Assembly (NCBI GenBank): GCA_005883615.1
Contig: VBEC01000019.1
Coordinates: 45,032-109,031 of the forward strand
From: Chloroflexota bacterium
Lineage (GTDB): Bacteria > Chloroflexota > Limnocylindria > Limnocylindrales > CSP1-4
Direction: 5' to 3'
Length of the DNA stretch: 64,000 bases
The position numbers and the translations under genes are program-made. Of this stretch, positions 8,990 through 19,040 are shown one piece after another (within the stretch, counting starts at the first letter, position 1; each line of letters starts with the position of its first letter). Under the pieces are notes generated by a model. It ran no database searches, was not told where the DNA came from, and was given only the letters and a program-made list of their open reading frames with translations.

Positions 8990-9397
8990 ATGACCGAGCC
9001 GGTGGTCTACATCAGCACGTGGAAGATCAAGGAGGGCAAGTTTGACGCCTACGCGCGCTTCCACGAGCGCCTCGCGAATACCGTCTGGGACCTCGAGCCG
9101 CGGGTCGCGGCATTTCTGGCGTTCGCCAACGACGACGGCACCGAGGTGACTGGCATCCATGTCTTTTCGGACGCCGATGCGCTCGATCGGCACGTGGGCG
9201 TCCTCGCCGAACGGATGGGTGTCCTGGCTGAAGACATGGGCGTTGTTACGGACCTGCTCGGACCCGGCCACATCGACGTCTATGGCACGCGACCCGAACA
9301 GGCGCTGGCGATGGACCGGCCACTTGAAGACTCCGGGCTGCCGTTCACGGTCAAGACGCGGTTCGTCGGTGGCTTCACACGCGGACGAGACGAGTGA
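8990..9397 (+). CDS. hypothetical protein, possibly a dimeric alpha/beta-barrel (ABM-like) protein
   Basis: A strong SD (GGAAGGAGG) lies 7 nt upstream of the ATG. The YISTWKIKEGKFDAY pattern resembles the ABM/Dabb fold. Function is unknown. Confidence 0.55.
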   Translation: MTEPVVYISTWKIKEGKFDAYARFHERLANTVWDLEPRVAAFLAFANDDGTEVTGIHVFSDADALDRHVGVLAERMGVLAEDMGVVTDLLGPGHIDVYGTRPEQALAMDRPLEDSGLPFTVKTRFVGGFTRGRDE

Positions 9398-9583
9398 CGG
9401 CGATGTTCGCCTCCGAGTCCGGTGATGGCTACGAGGCGCTGACGAGGTTCACCGACGGCAACCCCGGAGTGCCATTTCGCGGACGCCGATGCTATCGGAG
9501 CCTCCGAACCGAAGGCGCTGAGATTGGGATCAGGCCCGTCCCAGAATGAACGCGGTGGGCAGCAAGACCCGATTGGATGAGCA

Positions 9584-9601
9584 TCCGGTATGCGGTACCA
9601 A
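9584..9601. repeat. 18-bp direct repeat TCCGGTATGCGGTACCAA (copy 2)
   Basis: Exact match to 5989-6006. It lies in the 475-bp intergenic region before the amidohydrolase gene. Confidence 0.6.
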
Positions 9602-9873
9602 CCTCGCGCCTCCGAGGACCGCGTCGAGATGGGCCATCGCCTGGGTCTGGAGGGTGGGCAGGGCGTGGCTGTAGCGATCGCTGTGCGCCCGTGAAGCGAC
9701 GCCTCGGACTCCGAGTGTGGCGGTCCGATGGACCGATTTCGGGGCAGCCGATCGTTCCCGAAACGTTGCCACGTCAACCTACCCGCTAGCATGGGCTCGG
9801 CCATGCGGAGGAGCATTTCGATCCGGCGCGAAACGTCCATGAGCGCCCGCTGCCGACTTTTTCCGGGCGACCG

Positions 9874-11097
9874 ATGATGCCGCTGATCCTCGCCAACGCT
9901 CAGGTCGTTCACGGTGACCCGACCGTGGCACCCCGCCTCACCGACATCCTCTTGAGAGATGGACGCATTGCCGCGGTCGGCGAACGGCGCACGTTCGATG
10001 CCACCGATGCGGAGGTGCTGGACTTGACTGGGCGGGCTCTCCTGCCCGGTCTTATCGATCTGCACGTTCACCTGTGCCTGACAGGGGCGCCGCGCTCGGA
10101 TGAGCTGTACCGGACCGAGGCGCCTGAGCGGCTCATCGCACGGATGGTGGGCCTGGCCCAACGCCACCTTCATGCCGGCGTGACCACGATCAGGGATTTG
10201 GGGGGCCCCGAGCCCGGCATCTTCGTCGTCCGCGACGCCATCGCCGACGGGCTCGTCGAAGGTCCGCGCGTTCTCGCGGCCGGGCTGGTTGTGACGACAA
10301 CGGACGGTCACGGAAGCTGGATCGGCGCCATCGCCGACGACCTGGCGGGTATCCAGGTCGCGGTGAACGGTCGGATCGACTCGGGCGCCGACGCGATCAA
10401 GATCATTTCGACAGGCGGCGTCCACACTCGGACCTCAGACCTCATGACCGTTCAGTACTCGGAGGAAGAACTGCGCGCAGGCGTCCACGCGGCCCACGCT
10501 CGCGGGCGAACGGTGGCCACGCATGCATCGAATCCGCGGGGGATGCAGAACGCCATCCGTGCCGGCGTGGACACCATCGAGCATGGCGTTTTCCTCGACG
10601 ACGAGACGGCTGATCTCATGGCCCGTCGCGGCACGACGTTCGTCCCGACTCTCGTCGCGACCCAGCTCTTCGAACCGCGGGCCGATCATCCCGAGATCCC
10701 GGACTACGTTCGGGAGAAGGCGGCCGTCACGGTCCCGGCGCACCGCGACAATTTCCCCCGCGCAGTGCACGCGGGCGTCACCATCGCGGCCGGAACTGAC
10801 GCGGGCAGCACCTTCGTGGATCACGGGCTGGTCGCGCTGGAACTCGAAGCGCTGACTCGCTTCGGTCTCAGTCCGCTGGAAGCGATTGCGGCGGGCACAC
10901 GCAACGCGGCTCGCGTGATCGGCCTCGACGACGAGATCGGCACGGTCGACGTCGGCAAGGCGGCGGACCTCCTGGTCGTCGACGGAGATCCCACCGAGAG
11001 AATTGCGAATCTGCGCAACGTCGGTCTGGTGGTGCGATCGGGTCGAGTCGTGCATTCGCGCTGGTCGGACGTGGCCGTCGGCGCTAGGTCGACTTGA
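9874..11097 (+). CDS. amidohydrolase family metal-dependent hydrolase (imidazolonepropionase/prolidase-like)
   Basis: LPGLIDLHVHL metal-binding motif, DLGGP and GTDAG motifs, and a C-terminal LLVVDGDP. A paralog is at 59678. Confidence 0.85.
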   Translation: MMPLILANAQVVHGDPTVAPRLTDILLRDGRIAAVGERRTFDATDAEVLDLTGRALLPGLIDLHVHLCLTGAPRSDELYRTEAPERLIARMVGLAQRHLHAGVTTIRDLGGPEPGIFVVRDAIADGLVEGPRVLAAGLVVTTTDGHGSWIGAIADDLAGIQVAVNGRIDSGADAIKIISTGGVHTRTSDLMTVQYSEEELRAGVHAAHARGRTVATHASNPRGMQNAIRAGVDTIEHGVFLDDETADLMARRGTTFVPTLVATQLFEPRADHPEIPDYVREKAAVTVPAHRDNFPRAVHAGVTIAAGTDAGSTFVDHGLVALELEALTRFGLSPLEAIAAGTRNAARVIGLDDEIGTVDVGKAADLLVVDGDPTERIANLRNVGLVVRSGRVVHSRWSDVAVGARST

Positions 11098-11115
11098 TCA
11101 GCGATTGCCGCCTGG

Positions 11116-11859
11116 CTACGACTCGATGCCCTCGGACAGGTAGTCGAGTTCGATTCGCGCGAAGCCCTCGGTGAAGCTCTCCTCCAGGACAAAGGCATCA
11201 CCCACGCCTCTCGGCTCGAGGGCAGTGAGATCCGATAGGGGCGACGGCTCGAAATGCACCGCGCCGCGCCCGCGATACGCCCAGTGAACGATCAGGTCGG
11301 AGGTTGCGGGCCCGGCGTCGATCAACTGCTTGATCGCGGGACCGGGCCGATCGGCACGCGGGATGATCTTCAGCCGCCAGGAGGGGCTCAGGTCTGGCAC
11401 CTCATCGGCTGCGACGGGCTGCTCGGCGGTGGCGCTGATGCTCAACACGGGGATACCGGCCATGGTGGCACGGGTGAGCATCGTCCCCTCGCCATATCGA
11501 ACGTCGAGAGTGCTGAAGATTTTCGGAGTGCCATAGATCTCGCGCCCGGCGGCGATGCCTCGCGGGCCATCATGCCAAACGTGCGAGCAGTACCAGCCGG
11601 GCCGTCCGTCGAGCATGCAGTGCACCTCGACGACCGCCTCGTTGAACGCGCCATAGGCCGTGCTGAATGGAACCGTCAGTCCGATCGCGACGCAACGTCC
11701 TCCCGGACCCGGCTGGAGCGGGTCCGGGAGGAGGCTGGCTACAGCGGCGGGGTCGGCCTCGAAGAAGACGTACTGCGACCGGACCTGGCGGTAATACGCC
11801 GGGAGCGGCGGGTAAAACGGGCTGCCGAAGGGGATCGTCCATCCCTCGTCGGAAGGCAA
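11116..11859 (-). CDS. acetoacetate decarboxylase (ADC) family protein
   Basis: FGSPFYPPLPAYYRQ ... LPDPLQP motifs place it in the ADC-like fold family. The 529-aa ORF is too long for this family. A start at ATG 11988 would overlap the divergent gene at 11974, so I prefer the TTG at 11859. The start remains uncertain. Confidence 0.7.
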   Translation of the reverse strand: MPSDEGWTIPFGSPFYPPLPAYYRQVRSQYVFFEADPAAVASLLPDPLQPGPGGRCVAIGLTVPFSTAYGAFNEAVVEVHCMLDGRPGWYCSHVWHDGPRGIAAGREIYGTPKIFSTLDVRYGEGTMLTRATMAGIPVLSISATAEQPVAADEVPDLSPSWRLKIIPRADRPGPAIKQLIDAGPATSDLIVHWAYRGRGAVHFEPSPLSDLTALEPRGVGDAFVLEESFTEGFARIELDYLSEGIES

Positions 11860-11973
11860 ACCCAGGCGCTGTTCCTCCTCGGCAGGTGGGCGAGCCGGAA
11901 CCGGCTCTGCAGTGCTCAATTGTATGAGGCCCAGAAATGAACTTGACCCAGGCCAGCGAAAAGTGAGGAGCAA

Positions 11974-12879
11974 ATGACGGGATGGCATTGCGCGCTCGAG
12001 CTCGGGAGCGATCGGGCCGTCGCCGGAGGCAGTCGCGACGCCCTGGTTTCTGCGATCGAGCATGCCTCGGATCTGCGCGTCTACACCGAGTTCTTCTTCG
12101 AGGAGCACATCGCTCCTGGCGGCGACGGAATCCCGGAACATGATGGCCTGATTCGCGAGGTCATCGACTTTCGCGAGACGATGGTCGTCAACGGCACGCT
12201 TGCGGCTGGGATCACGACGCTCCGCCAACCGCTCGAGCCGCCGTTCGGGTTCAACGGAACGCAGCCCAAGATGTCGTATTTCCTCTACCAGTCCGACGGG
12301 CGGCAGGCCTGCGCGAACCTCCTCCTCGACCAGCGTGGAGCGAGCGGGCGGCCGGGAAAGCGATCCAGCATCCCGACGCCGCCCGACATGCCGAAGATGA
12401 GCCGCGAGGTCGTGTTCGACCAGGGCACCAACGGCCCTTCGAGAAATTTCGTCTATGACATGGAGGTCTACCGATTCTTCGTCCGTGACGACTGGGAGGA
12501 GGTATTCGCAGCCGACGTCGACGGTCGCCCGACGCTCGGCTCGATCGACGCGATCGAGGACGCCCAACTTGCCGGCCGCGAGATCAAGATCGCTATTCGC
12601 GACCTGTGCTCGGACCTCGGTCGCGGACCGTCGCACGAGGTCTTCTCGTCGCTCGGATCCGGATTTTTCCACGCTGGAATGCGGCTCTACGACGCCCTGA
12701 CTCACCCCATCCTCAGGGTCGCCCCGGCAGCTCCACTCGAATACCGGTCATTCGGCTGGGACGTCGCGTGGGTTCACGTCAGGACCGATGGCGCAGCGGT
12801 CATGCGAATTCTCGATCCCTACACCAGGCGGTTCAGCGATCGTCCGGCTCGCTTCGCGTTCCGCTGGTTCGCGCGTTGA
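11974..12879 (+). CDS. hypothetical protein
   Basis: 301 aa. An SD (GTGAGGAG) lies 5 nt before the ATG. The amino-acid composition is balanced, unlike the antisense ORF. I recognise no family. Confidence 0.6.
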   Translation: MTGWHCALELGSDRAVAGGSRDALVSAIEHASDLRVYTEFFFEEHIAPGGDGIPEHDGLIREVIDFRETMVVNGTLAAGITTLRQPLEPPFGFNGTQPKMSYFLYQSDGRQACANLLLDQRGASGRPGKRSSIPTPPDMPKMSREVVFDQGTNGPSRNFVYDMEVYRFFVRDDWEEVFAADVDGRPTLGSIDAIEDAQLAGREIKIAIRDLCSDLGRGPSHEVFSSLGSGFFHAGMRLYDALTHPILRVAPAAPLEYRSFGWDVAWVHVRTDGAAVMRILDPYTRRFSDRPARFAFRWFAR

Positions 12880-12967
12880 CCTGGCTCGACGATCGCCGTT
12901 TGGCCGGGGGTTCGTAACATCCGCCGTGGCTACGCCTCCGCCGACACGACGGCTGGCCTTTCGCGAG

Positions 12968-13429
12968 ATGACGCTCGCCGACATCGACGACCTCGCCCTG
13001 CTTCTTGGTGATCCCGACGTACTCTGGGTCTATCCGCACCCCTACACCCGCGACGAGGCGCGCGGCTGGATCGAGTGGAACGTTGGGCTATACCGCGAGC
13101 TGGGCTTCGGTCTCTGGTACCTCACCCTGCGGGACACGGGAGAGTTCGTCGGCGAATGCGGACTAACCCCACAGCAGGTCGAGGGGGCGACCGAGATCGA
13201 GGTCGGCTATCACGTCCGCCCGAAGTTCTGGGGCCTGGGCTTCGCCACGGAGGCCGCGCGCGCCTGTCGTTCGTTCGCGCGGGAGGTCGCCGGGCTCCAT
13301 CGCCTCGTGGCGCTCATCGATCCGCGGAACGTCGCCTCGCAACGCGTCGCCGCAAAGATCGGGCTCGCGTTCGAGCGCGAGGCCTCCGTGCCCGGCAAGG
13401 TGCTGCGTGTCTACTCCTCGGATCTCTGA
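12968..13429 (+). CDS. GNAT family N-acetyltransferase (RimJ/RimL-like)
   Basis: Starts MTLADIDDLALL and has the GNAT motif A core (RPKFWGLGFATEAARA). Confidence 0.8.
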   Translation: MTLADIDDLALLLGDPDVLWVYPHPYTRDEARGWIEWNVGLYRELGFGLWYLTLRDTGEFVGECGLTPQQVEGATEIEVGYHVRPKFWGLGFATEAARACRSFAREVAGLHRLVALIDPRNVASQRVAAKIGLAFEREASVPGKVLRVYSSDL

Positions 13430-13459
13430 GGCCGACCGGAGGGACGCTGCCGCGCTGGA

Positions 13460-13933
13460 TCAGCCGTGCCGTGGCGCCTGCCGGTTCCCGGACGGGAAGA
13501 CAGCGACGTCCGCATCAGGCGTCGGCTCGTCGACGAAATCCCATGCCCGCGTCGTGCCGGGCTCGAGGCGGACGACGAGTCCGGGTCCGACCCGGTCTGC
13601 GTAGGCGTTTCCGTTCTTTGAACCCAGGTAGCGGATGGACAATCGCCGGCTGACTCCGGTGCGATCGAACTCGCTGATGCGGGCAATGCCGCGCACTTCG
13701 AACCCGCGCCCGGGCCAGCTGTGATCGAAGACCACGATCGTCGCTCGCGGATCGCGGGCAAGATGCCTGGCCTTGACGTCGCCGGAGGGCACGCCGACGT
13801 TGAAACCGCCGTCGCGCCACTCGTGCCAGACGGGGGAGAGGAGCACGCTGCCGTCCGGCCAGTGCGTGGCAAGCACGGCGCAATATGGTCGCTCCAGCAG
13901 ATCACCGAGCTCGTCGATGGTTCGGCGTGTCAC
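13460..13933 (-). CDS. PPOX-class (pyridoxamine 5'-phosphate oxidase-like) probable F420-dependent enzyme
   Basis: 157 aa with AVLATHWPDGSVLLSPVWHEW, the typical PPOX/TIGR03618 N-terminal pattern. Confidence 0.85.
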   Translation of the reverse strand: MTRRTIDELGDLLERPYCAVLATHWPDGSVLLSPVWHEWRDGGFNVGVPSGDVKARHLARDPRATIVVFDHSWPGRGFEVRGIARISEFDRTGVSRRLSIRYLGSKNGNAYADRVGPGLVVRLEPGTTRAWDFVDEPTPDADVAVFPSGNRQAPRHG

Positions 13934-13988
13934 GTGTGGATCGTGGCCCCGGCCGGCCGCCTGACGTCCTGGCCCGGGTCAGGGCCCG

Positions 13989-14873
13989 TCACGCCTCGCC
14001 AACGGCCGGGTTGCGCAGCACTCCCAGGCGCTCGATCTCGCCCTCCACCACGTCGCCGGGCTTGAGCATGATCTCGTCGCCCACGCCATGCGGCATGCCC
14101 GTCGTGATGATGTCGCCTGCCCGCAACGTCATCAGCCGCGAGGCGAATGAAATCAGCTCGTCCCAGGCGATGTTGACGTTCCTGGTCGACCCATCCACGC
14201 GAACCTCGCCTGAGACTCGGCTGACGATGCGAACGTCCGAGAGGTCGCCCGCCTCGTCCTTGGTCACGATCGCCGGCCCAAGGATCGCGAAGCCGTCCAG
14301 CCACTTGCCGTTGAGCCAGTCGATGAACCCGTCCATTTCCTTGTCGCGCCGACCGGGGGGCGGCACTGCGAGCTCGCGGCCCGAGACGTCGTTGCAAATA
14401 GTGAAGCCAATCACGTGGTCCATCGCCTGATCGCGCGGGATGTCCTTGCCGTCCTCTCCGATGACGATCGCGACCTCAATCTCGTCGACCACACCGGGCG
14501 AGATTCGCCAGATCGTGATCGGATCGCCCGGTCCCTTGATGTCGTCCGTCCTCTTGGCGAAGAGGAGAGGGAGCGCGTCTCGCCCGAGTCGTTCAGCGCC
14601 CTCGCTCGCGTAGTAGCCACCGGCAACCGCGATCAGCTTGCCGGGGTTGGCGATGGGGGAGAGAAGCCGCACGGTAGTCTCCGGCAGTGCGGGTCCCTTG
14701 CGACCCGCAGCGGCCACCTCGTCGACGACCTGCCGTCCTTGCGCCAGGAACGCCCGCATGTCGCCGCCGGCCGCCCGGCCTCCCGATGTCGCCTCGAGGT
14801 CGTAGACCTGGCCGTTCTCGAGCAGCCCCAGGCGGGGGCTATCCTGGGGCGTCTGATATCGAACGAGCTGCAT
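13989..14873 (-). CDS. fumarylacetoacetate hydrolase (FAH) family protein
   Basis: Contains the HVIGFTICNDVSGRE and ITTGMPHGVG signature blocks of FAH/2-keto-4-pentenoate hydratase-like enzymes. Confidence 0.9.
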   Translation of the reverse strand: MQLVRYQTPQDSPRLGLLENGQVYDLEATSGGRAAGGDMRAFLAQGRQVVDEVAAAGRKGPALPETTVRLLSPIANPGKLIAVAGGYYASEGAERLGRDALPLLFAKRTDDIKGPGDPITIWRISPGVVDEIEVAIVIGEDGKDIPRDQAMDHVIGFTICNDVSGRELAVPPPGRRDKEMDGFIDWLNGKWLDGFAILGPAIVTKDEAGDLSDVRIVSRVSGEVRVDGSTRNVNIAWDELISFASRLMTLRAGDIITTGMPHGVGDEIMLKPGDVVEGEIERLGVLRNPAVGEA

Positions 14874-14942
14874 TGCCGTCTTCTCCTGATTCTTCCCCTG
14901 ATCGTAGACGATCAGCGAGGCGCCGAACGAACGGTATGACGT

Positions 14943-16058
14943 TCAGGAACCGGGCAGGTCCAGCAGCCGTGCCGCCGTCCCGCCCATGATCGCGCCGAGC
15001 TGCTCCGTCGAGAGGAACCCGGTGTAGCGCTCGATGTACTGGCGCGACTGGCGATAGGTGCAAAACCGGTTCTGGAAGGGCATATCGGTACCCCACATCA
15101 GCCGGTCGGCACCGATGTGCTCGACCATCGCGTCGAGGACGGGCAGGCACTGGCGATATGGGTAATCGAAGATGTCACCCACCCGCACCGGGAAGCTCAC
15201 CTCCATGTGGATTCCGCAGTCCTTGAACGGGTCCCACATCTCGTCGGTCAGCTCGAACCGGCGACGGCCCCCGTCGAGGAACGCTCGCCACGGAAACCCG
15301 TGGGTGACGCTGACGCGGGTTTCGGGGTAGCGCTGCGACCACGCCTGCAACGTTCGCAGCTCATTGACGAATCCCGCGCGTTCGTCGGCCCAGCCGGGCG
15401 TCGCTCCCAGCGTGAAGAATATCGGGACCTTCAGTTGCACAACCGCGTCCCAGAAGGGTCGCCACGTCGGTTCGTCGAAGCTGGAGCAGCGGGCCAGCCG
15501 GTAGGCGTACTCGGGAATGATCTTGATGGCATGAAGGCCCTTCACCAGGATTGCATCGGTCACCTCGGCGATAACCGCGTCGGGTTCCGTCGGGATGCGC
15601 CACTCGTCGACCTCGGCCATCGACCGGAGCCGATCGGGAAAAGCCCGCACGCATGCCGCGAAGAAGTCGTTGTCCTTGTCGAGCGCCTGGTCGACGTGCA
15701 TCAGTGCCCAGTCGACGCCTGCGTAGTCCATCTCGGCGATGCAAGCACCCGGGCCGAACTCGAGCGTGTTGGGCGGAAGGTAGACCTTGGTGTGCTCCTC
15801 GCCGTCGACCGTCCAGACCAGTCGATTGGTGATCCGGTCCACCCGAAAATCCCGGTCCCGGGCGGGTCGAAATGGATCTTCGGGCGTCGGGTCGAGAAGC
15901 AGGCGGGAGTCCGCGGGCGCCCGATCGCGCGTCCGAAATGCCGGTTGGTGATGGAGTGCGTAGGCCCATTGCCAGTACCCCAGGTGCTCTGCGGCCGAAG
16001 CGTGCCCGGCCACCGCATCAGGTGCCCGGAAGCAGTACACGTGGGAGTCGATGATCAT
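14943..16058 (-). CDS. amidohydrolase-2 (PF04909) family TIM-barrel hydrolase (sugar lactonase/ACMSD-like)
   Basis: Starts MIIDSHVY and ends with MWGTDMPF, both typical of amidohydrolase_2. The upstream 29 codons of the ORF look like an overextension. Confidence 0.85.
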   Translation of the reverse strand: MIIDSHVYCFRAPDAVAGHASAAEHLGYWQWAYALHHQPAFRTRDRAPADSRLLLDPTPEDPFRPARDRDFRVDRITNRLVWTVDGEEHTKVYLPPNTLEFGPGACIAEMDYAGVDWALMHVDQALDKDNDFFAACVRAFPDRLRSMAEVDEWRIPTEPDAVIAEVTDAILVKGLHAIKIIPEYAYRLARCSSFDEPTWRPFWDAVVQLKVPIFFTLGATPGWADERAGFVNELRTLQAWSQRYPETRVSVTHGFPWRAFLDGGRRRFELTDEMWDPFKDCGIHMEVSFPVRVGDIFDYPYRQCLPVLDAMVEHIGADRLMWGTDMPFQNRFCTYRQSRQYIERYTGFLSTEQLGAIMGGTAARLLDLPGS

Positions 16059-16077
16059 TCCTGCCTCAGTCGGCCTT

Positions 16078-17106
16078 TCACCCGCCGCCCAATTCCATGC
16101 GCAAGATGCGAAGACCTTGTCGCGTGCCGCCGAACGAAAGGGCATCCGCGAGACGGACCACCTCGCGGAAGCCGGTTGCTTCGAGCAGCTCGCGCTTCTG
16201 AGTATCGTCGTCGCCGAGCTGGGCGATCAACCAGCGCCAGCCGCGCTCGCTGCCCTCCTGGACCATCCTCGCCAGCAGGAGTCCAGCGTGATCGACGAAC
16301 GCCGGGTGCACGAAGATGTCGATCTCGGCGCCCAGCGGCTCCCGTTCATTGCCGCGCGGCTCCATCGGACCCGATCCGACGAGCGCACCTTCGGCGTTGG
16401 CCATCGCGAACCACGCGCCAGCGCGCGTCGCCACCCAGGTGTGTTTCACAAGCGAGTTGCAGCGATCGTGGGTGACACGGCCGGCCGAGTACAGGCCCTG
16501 GGGCGAGGCGACCGACAACCACTGACTCGGGGCAGAGTAGAGCGCGACAAGCCGGGGCGTGTCGCCGGGATGGACCAACCTGATCGAAAGCTGGCCGGGT
16601 CGAAACCACTGTTCGTCGAACATTTCGTCGGGCGGGCGCTCCCTCCGCATCAGGCCCCGCGGAAAGGATAGAAACCCCAGGCGCTCGTAGATGCGGCGTG
16701 CGACCGGGTTTTCGCTGGCCAGGAAGATGACCCGCCCGCCCGCGTCGTCGAAACGGTCGAGCAGCGCCTGGCACACACGACCGGCCATGCCGCGACCGCG
16801 CCAGGCCGGGTCCGTGTAGACCTCGCCCAGGGTACCGATCCGCGGATCGTCATGCGGTGTCATCGTCCAGGCCGCGCTGACGATCGCGCCGTCCCGCTCG
16901 GCCCAGCCGAACGCGTGCCGGGCCACCTCCTCGTACATGCCCTTTGCGGCTGCGGTCACGAAAAGGTCGGGTTTCTCTTCGGCGCCGAACACGCCCTCGA
17001 GAAACCAGGTGAGTCGCGGCCCGACATCGGGCGGTAGGGGACACCCCGAGCGGTAGATCGTCGCCCGCTCCCCGGATTCCATCTGGGCCACTCCGACATA
17101 CTCCAT
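16078..17106 (-). CDS. GNAT family N-acetyltransferase with tandem GNAT domains
   Basis: Two acetyltransferase-like halves, each with a motif like RGRGMAGRVCQALLD. Confidence 0.75.
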   Translation of the reverse strand: MEYVGVAQMESGERATIYRSGCPLPPDVGPRLTWFLEGVFGAEEKPDLFVTAAAKGMYEEVARHAFGWAERDGAIVSAAWTMTPHDDPRIGTLGEVYTDPAWRGRGMAGRVCQALLDRFDDAGGRVIFLASENPVARRIYERLGFLSFPRGLMRRERPPDEMFDEQWFRPGQLSIRLVHPGDTPRLVALYSAPSQWLSVASPQGLYSAGRVTHDRCNSLVKHTWVATRAGAWFAMANAEGALVGSGPMEPRGNEREPLGAEIDIFVHPAFVDHAGLLLARMVQEGSERGWRWLIAQLGDDDTQKRELLEATGFREVVRLADALSFGGTRQGLRILRMELGGG

Positions 17107-17151
17107 CAGCTCTCCAGGGCCACGTTCCTGTGGGGCATGTGGGCCTCCTGA

Positions 17152-18042
17152 TCAGGCGCAATCGGGGTGGCGTTCCTGCAAGGTGCGTTTCGTTCGTGCG
17201 TACTCTGCGTCGCTGACGGTTCGATATGGCGACAACATCCTGAGGGGAAAGTCGTCCAACCCGCCGAGCTTCGCGATGACCTTGTCGTAGGCGCCGTCAA
17301 CCCGGCGATCGACGAACAGCGGGTCGAACAGGTCACGGTTGAGGTCGGCGAACCAGGCGCCAATGCTGGCGGCCTCCGCGTAGCGACCCGCGCTTGCGGC
17401 TTGCAACAGCGCCCAGGACCGTTTCGGGGCGAGGAGGCCATAGGTTCCGAGCAATGCGCACGCACCGTACAAGGAGCCGTGCGCGATGGTCTGTTCCGTC
17501 AGGAAGTGCATCAGCTCAGGGGCCTCACGAACGACGCCGGAAACCAGGAGGAGGTCACTCGTCATCGTCTTGGCCGCCACGAGGTTGGGCACGGCCTCGA
17601 TGATGGGCCGGTACTCGGTTCCGGTCAGCACTCTGCCCGACCGAGCCGTGTTGTAGTGCATGAAACGAGCATCGGGAAACGCGCCGCAGACCTCCCCGAA
17701 AAAGCGCAATGCCTCGGCGTCGGTCACCGGCGACCAGGCAGGAAGGGAGATCTGGAACTCCCGGAAGCCAAGGTCGTATGCGACTCGTAATCGCTCCAGG
17801 ACGTTGGCAGTCGACAGCCCGATAACCCCGACCATCGGCGTAGCCGCCGAACCCACCGTCTCGTCCCGGAAGACCTCGATCACACTGCGGAACCGCGCCC
17901 CGTCGACGGCGTAGCCCTCGCCGGCCGTCCCAAAGACGTAGAGGTGGTCGAAACCCATGCCCGCTGCGTGACGAATCGCTCGTCGGAAGATCTGCTCCGC
18001 CAACCGCTCCCGGCGGTCCCACGGGCAGACAATGCTGACCAT
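17152..18042 (-). CDS. dihydrodipicolinate synthase (DHDPS/DapA/NanA) family lyase or dehydratase
   Basis: GTAGEGYAV and VIGLS motifs. I infer a start at MVSIVCPWD. It is a paralog of the gene at 51126-52076. Confidence 0.8.
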   Translation of the reverse strand: MVSIVCPWDRRERLAEQIFRRAIRHAAGMGFDHLYVFGTAGEGYAVDGARFRSVIEVFRDETVGSAATPMVGVIGLSTANVLERLRVAYDLGFREFQISLPAWSPVTDAEALRFFGEVCGAFPDARFMHYNTARSGRVLTGTEYRPIIEAVPNLVAAKTMTSDLLLVSGVVREAPELMHFLTEQTIAHGSLYGACALLGTYGLLAPKRSWALLQAASAGRYAEAASIGAWFADLNRDLFDPLFVDRRVDGAYDKVIAKLGGLDDFPLRMLSPYRTVSDAEYARTKRTLQERHPDCA

Positions 18043-18092
18043 GACCGTGCTCGGGTAGCGGGCCACCGATGCTCCTGGCTGGGGGTTCTGGC

Positions 18093-19040
18093 TCAGACGG
18101 ACGCCGTCGCCTGATCGACGAGGGGGGCGACGTCGCCGATCAGGCGGTCGATCGTCTCCTGATCGAAGGGCCAGGCGAGCTGGGGCAGAAAGGATTGCAC
18201 GCCGAGTGCGCGGAAGCCGATCAGCGCCTCGGCGACCTGCTCCGGTGAAGCGGCCCACGTGACGTCCCAGACCGATTCATTCCATTTGTGCACGGCCCGC
18301 AGGTGCTCGAATGCCTTCCGCGCCTCACCCGGATTCGAGCGGATGATGAGCTTGCAGCCGACCATCCGCTCCACCTCGGAAGGGTCCCGATCCAACGCCG
18401 CGCAGTGGACTCTGAAGACCTCGTCCTTTCGCCGCCAGAAGTCGAGTCCGTCGACCGGGACGAAGATCTGCCAGATGTCGGCGAACCGAGCCGCCACTCG
18501 GAGTCCCTTCTGCTCGCCCTGCGCCCCGATCAGGATCGGCAGTGGCCGGCGCTGTGGCAGCGGGGCGTGATGAACGCCTTGGAACCGGTACGTCGGGCCG
18601 TCTTGCGAGACGGTTTCGCCGGCAAGGATTCCCCGAATGATGGTGAGTGCTTCCTCGAGCCAGTCGAGGCGCACGCCCGTCGGCGCCCAGGGCAGGCCGT
18701 GAGCCACTGCCTCCAACTCGACGTTGCCGGCTCCCAGGCCGAAGATTGATCGCCCATTGCTGATGTGGTCGACCGTCGTCGCCATCTTCGCCACGACGCC
18801 GGGGTTCCGGAACGTATTGTTGCCGACCGTAAGACCTAGCGAGATGCGGGTGGTCGCCTGGGCCCACGCGGCAAGGGTGGTCCAGCCCTCGAAGAAGCCC
18901 TGGTAGGGGTCGCCACCTGTCGAATACAGGTGATCGTGTCCGAAGAGGTAGTCGTAGCCCAGTACCTCCAGGCGTCGCGCTGTGGCGAGGACCTCCACCC
19001 ACGGCGAGCCATACGTGAGGACCTGGAAGCCGTACTTCAT
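18093..19040 (-). CDS. LLM-class (luciferase-like) flavin/F420-dependent oxidoreductase
   Basis: Starts MKYGFQV; the LGYDYLFGHDHL and LGLGAGN motifs are present. Confidence 0.8.
   Translation of the reverse strand: MKYGFQVLTYGSPWVEVLATARRLEVLGYDYLFGHDHLYSTGGDPYQGFFEGWTTLAAWAQATTRISLGLTVGNNTFRNPGVVAKMATTVDHISNGRSIFGLGAGNVELEAVAHGLPWAPTGVRLDWLEEALTIIRGILAGETVSQDGPTYRFQGVHHAPLPQRRPLPILIGAQGEQKGLRVAARFADIWQIFVPVDGLDFWRRKDEVFRVHCAALDRDPSEVERMVGCKLIIRSNPGEARKAFEHLRAVHKWNESVWDVTWAASPEQVAEALIGFRALGVQSFLPQLAWPFDQETIDRLIGDVAPLVDQATASV

Noticed and set aside
9280-10425. 381-aa minus-strand ORF
   Set aside because: It is antisense to the amidohydrolase gene with a clear metal-binding HxH motif. The translation is low-complexity.
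11116-12705. Full 529-aa extent of the minus-strand ORF
   Set aside because: Only the C-terminal about 250 aa match the ADC-like fold. The upstream part is antisense to a plus-strand ORF with an SD and protein-like composition (11974-12879), so the long form is an overextension.
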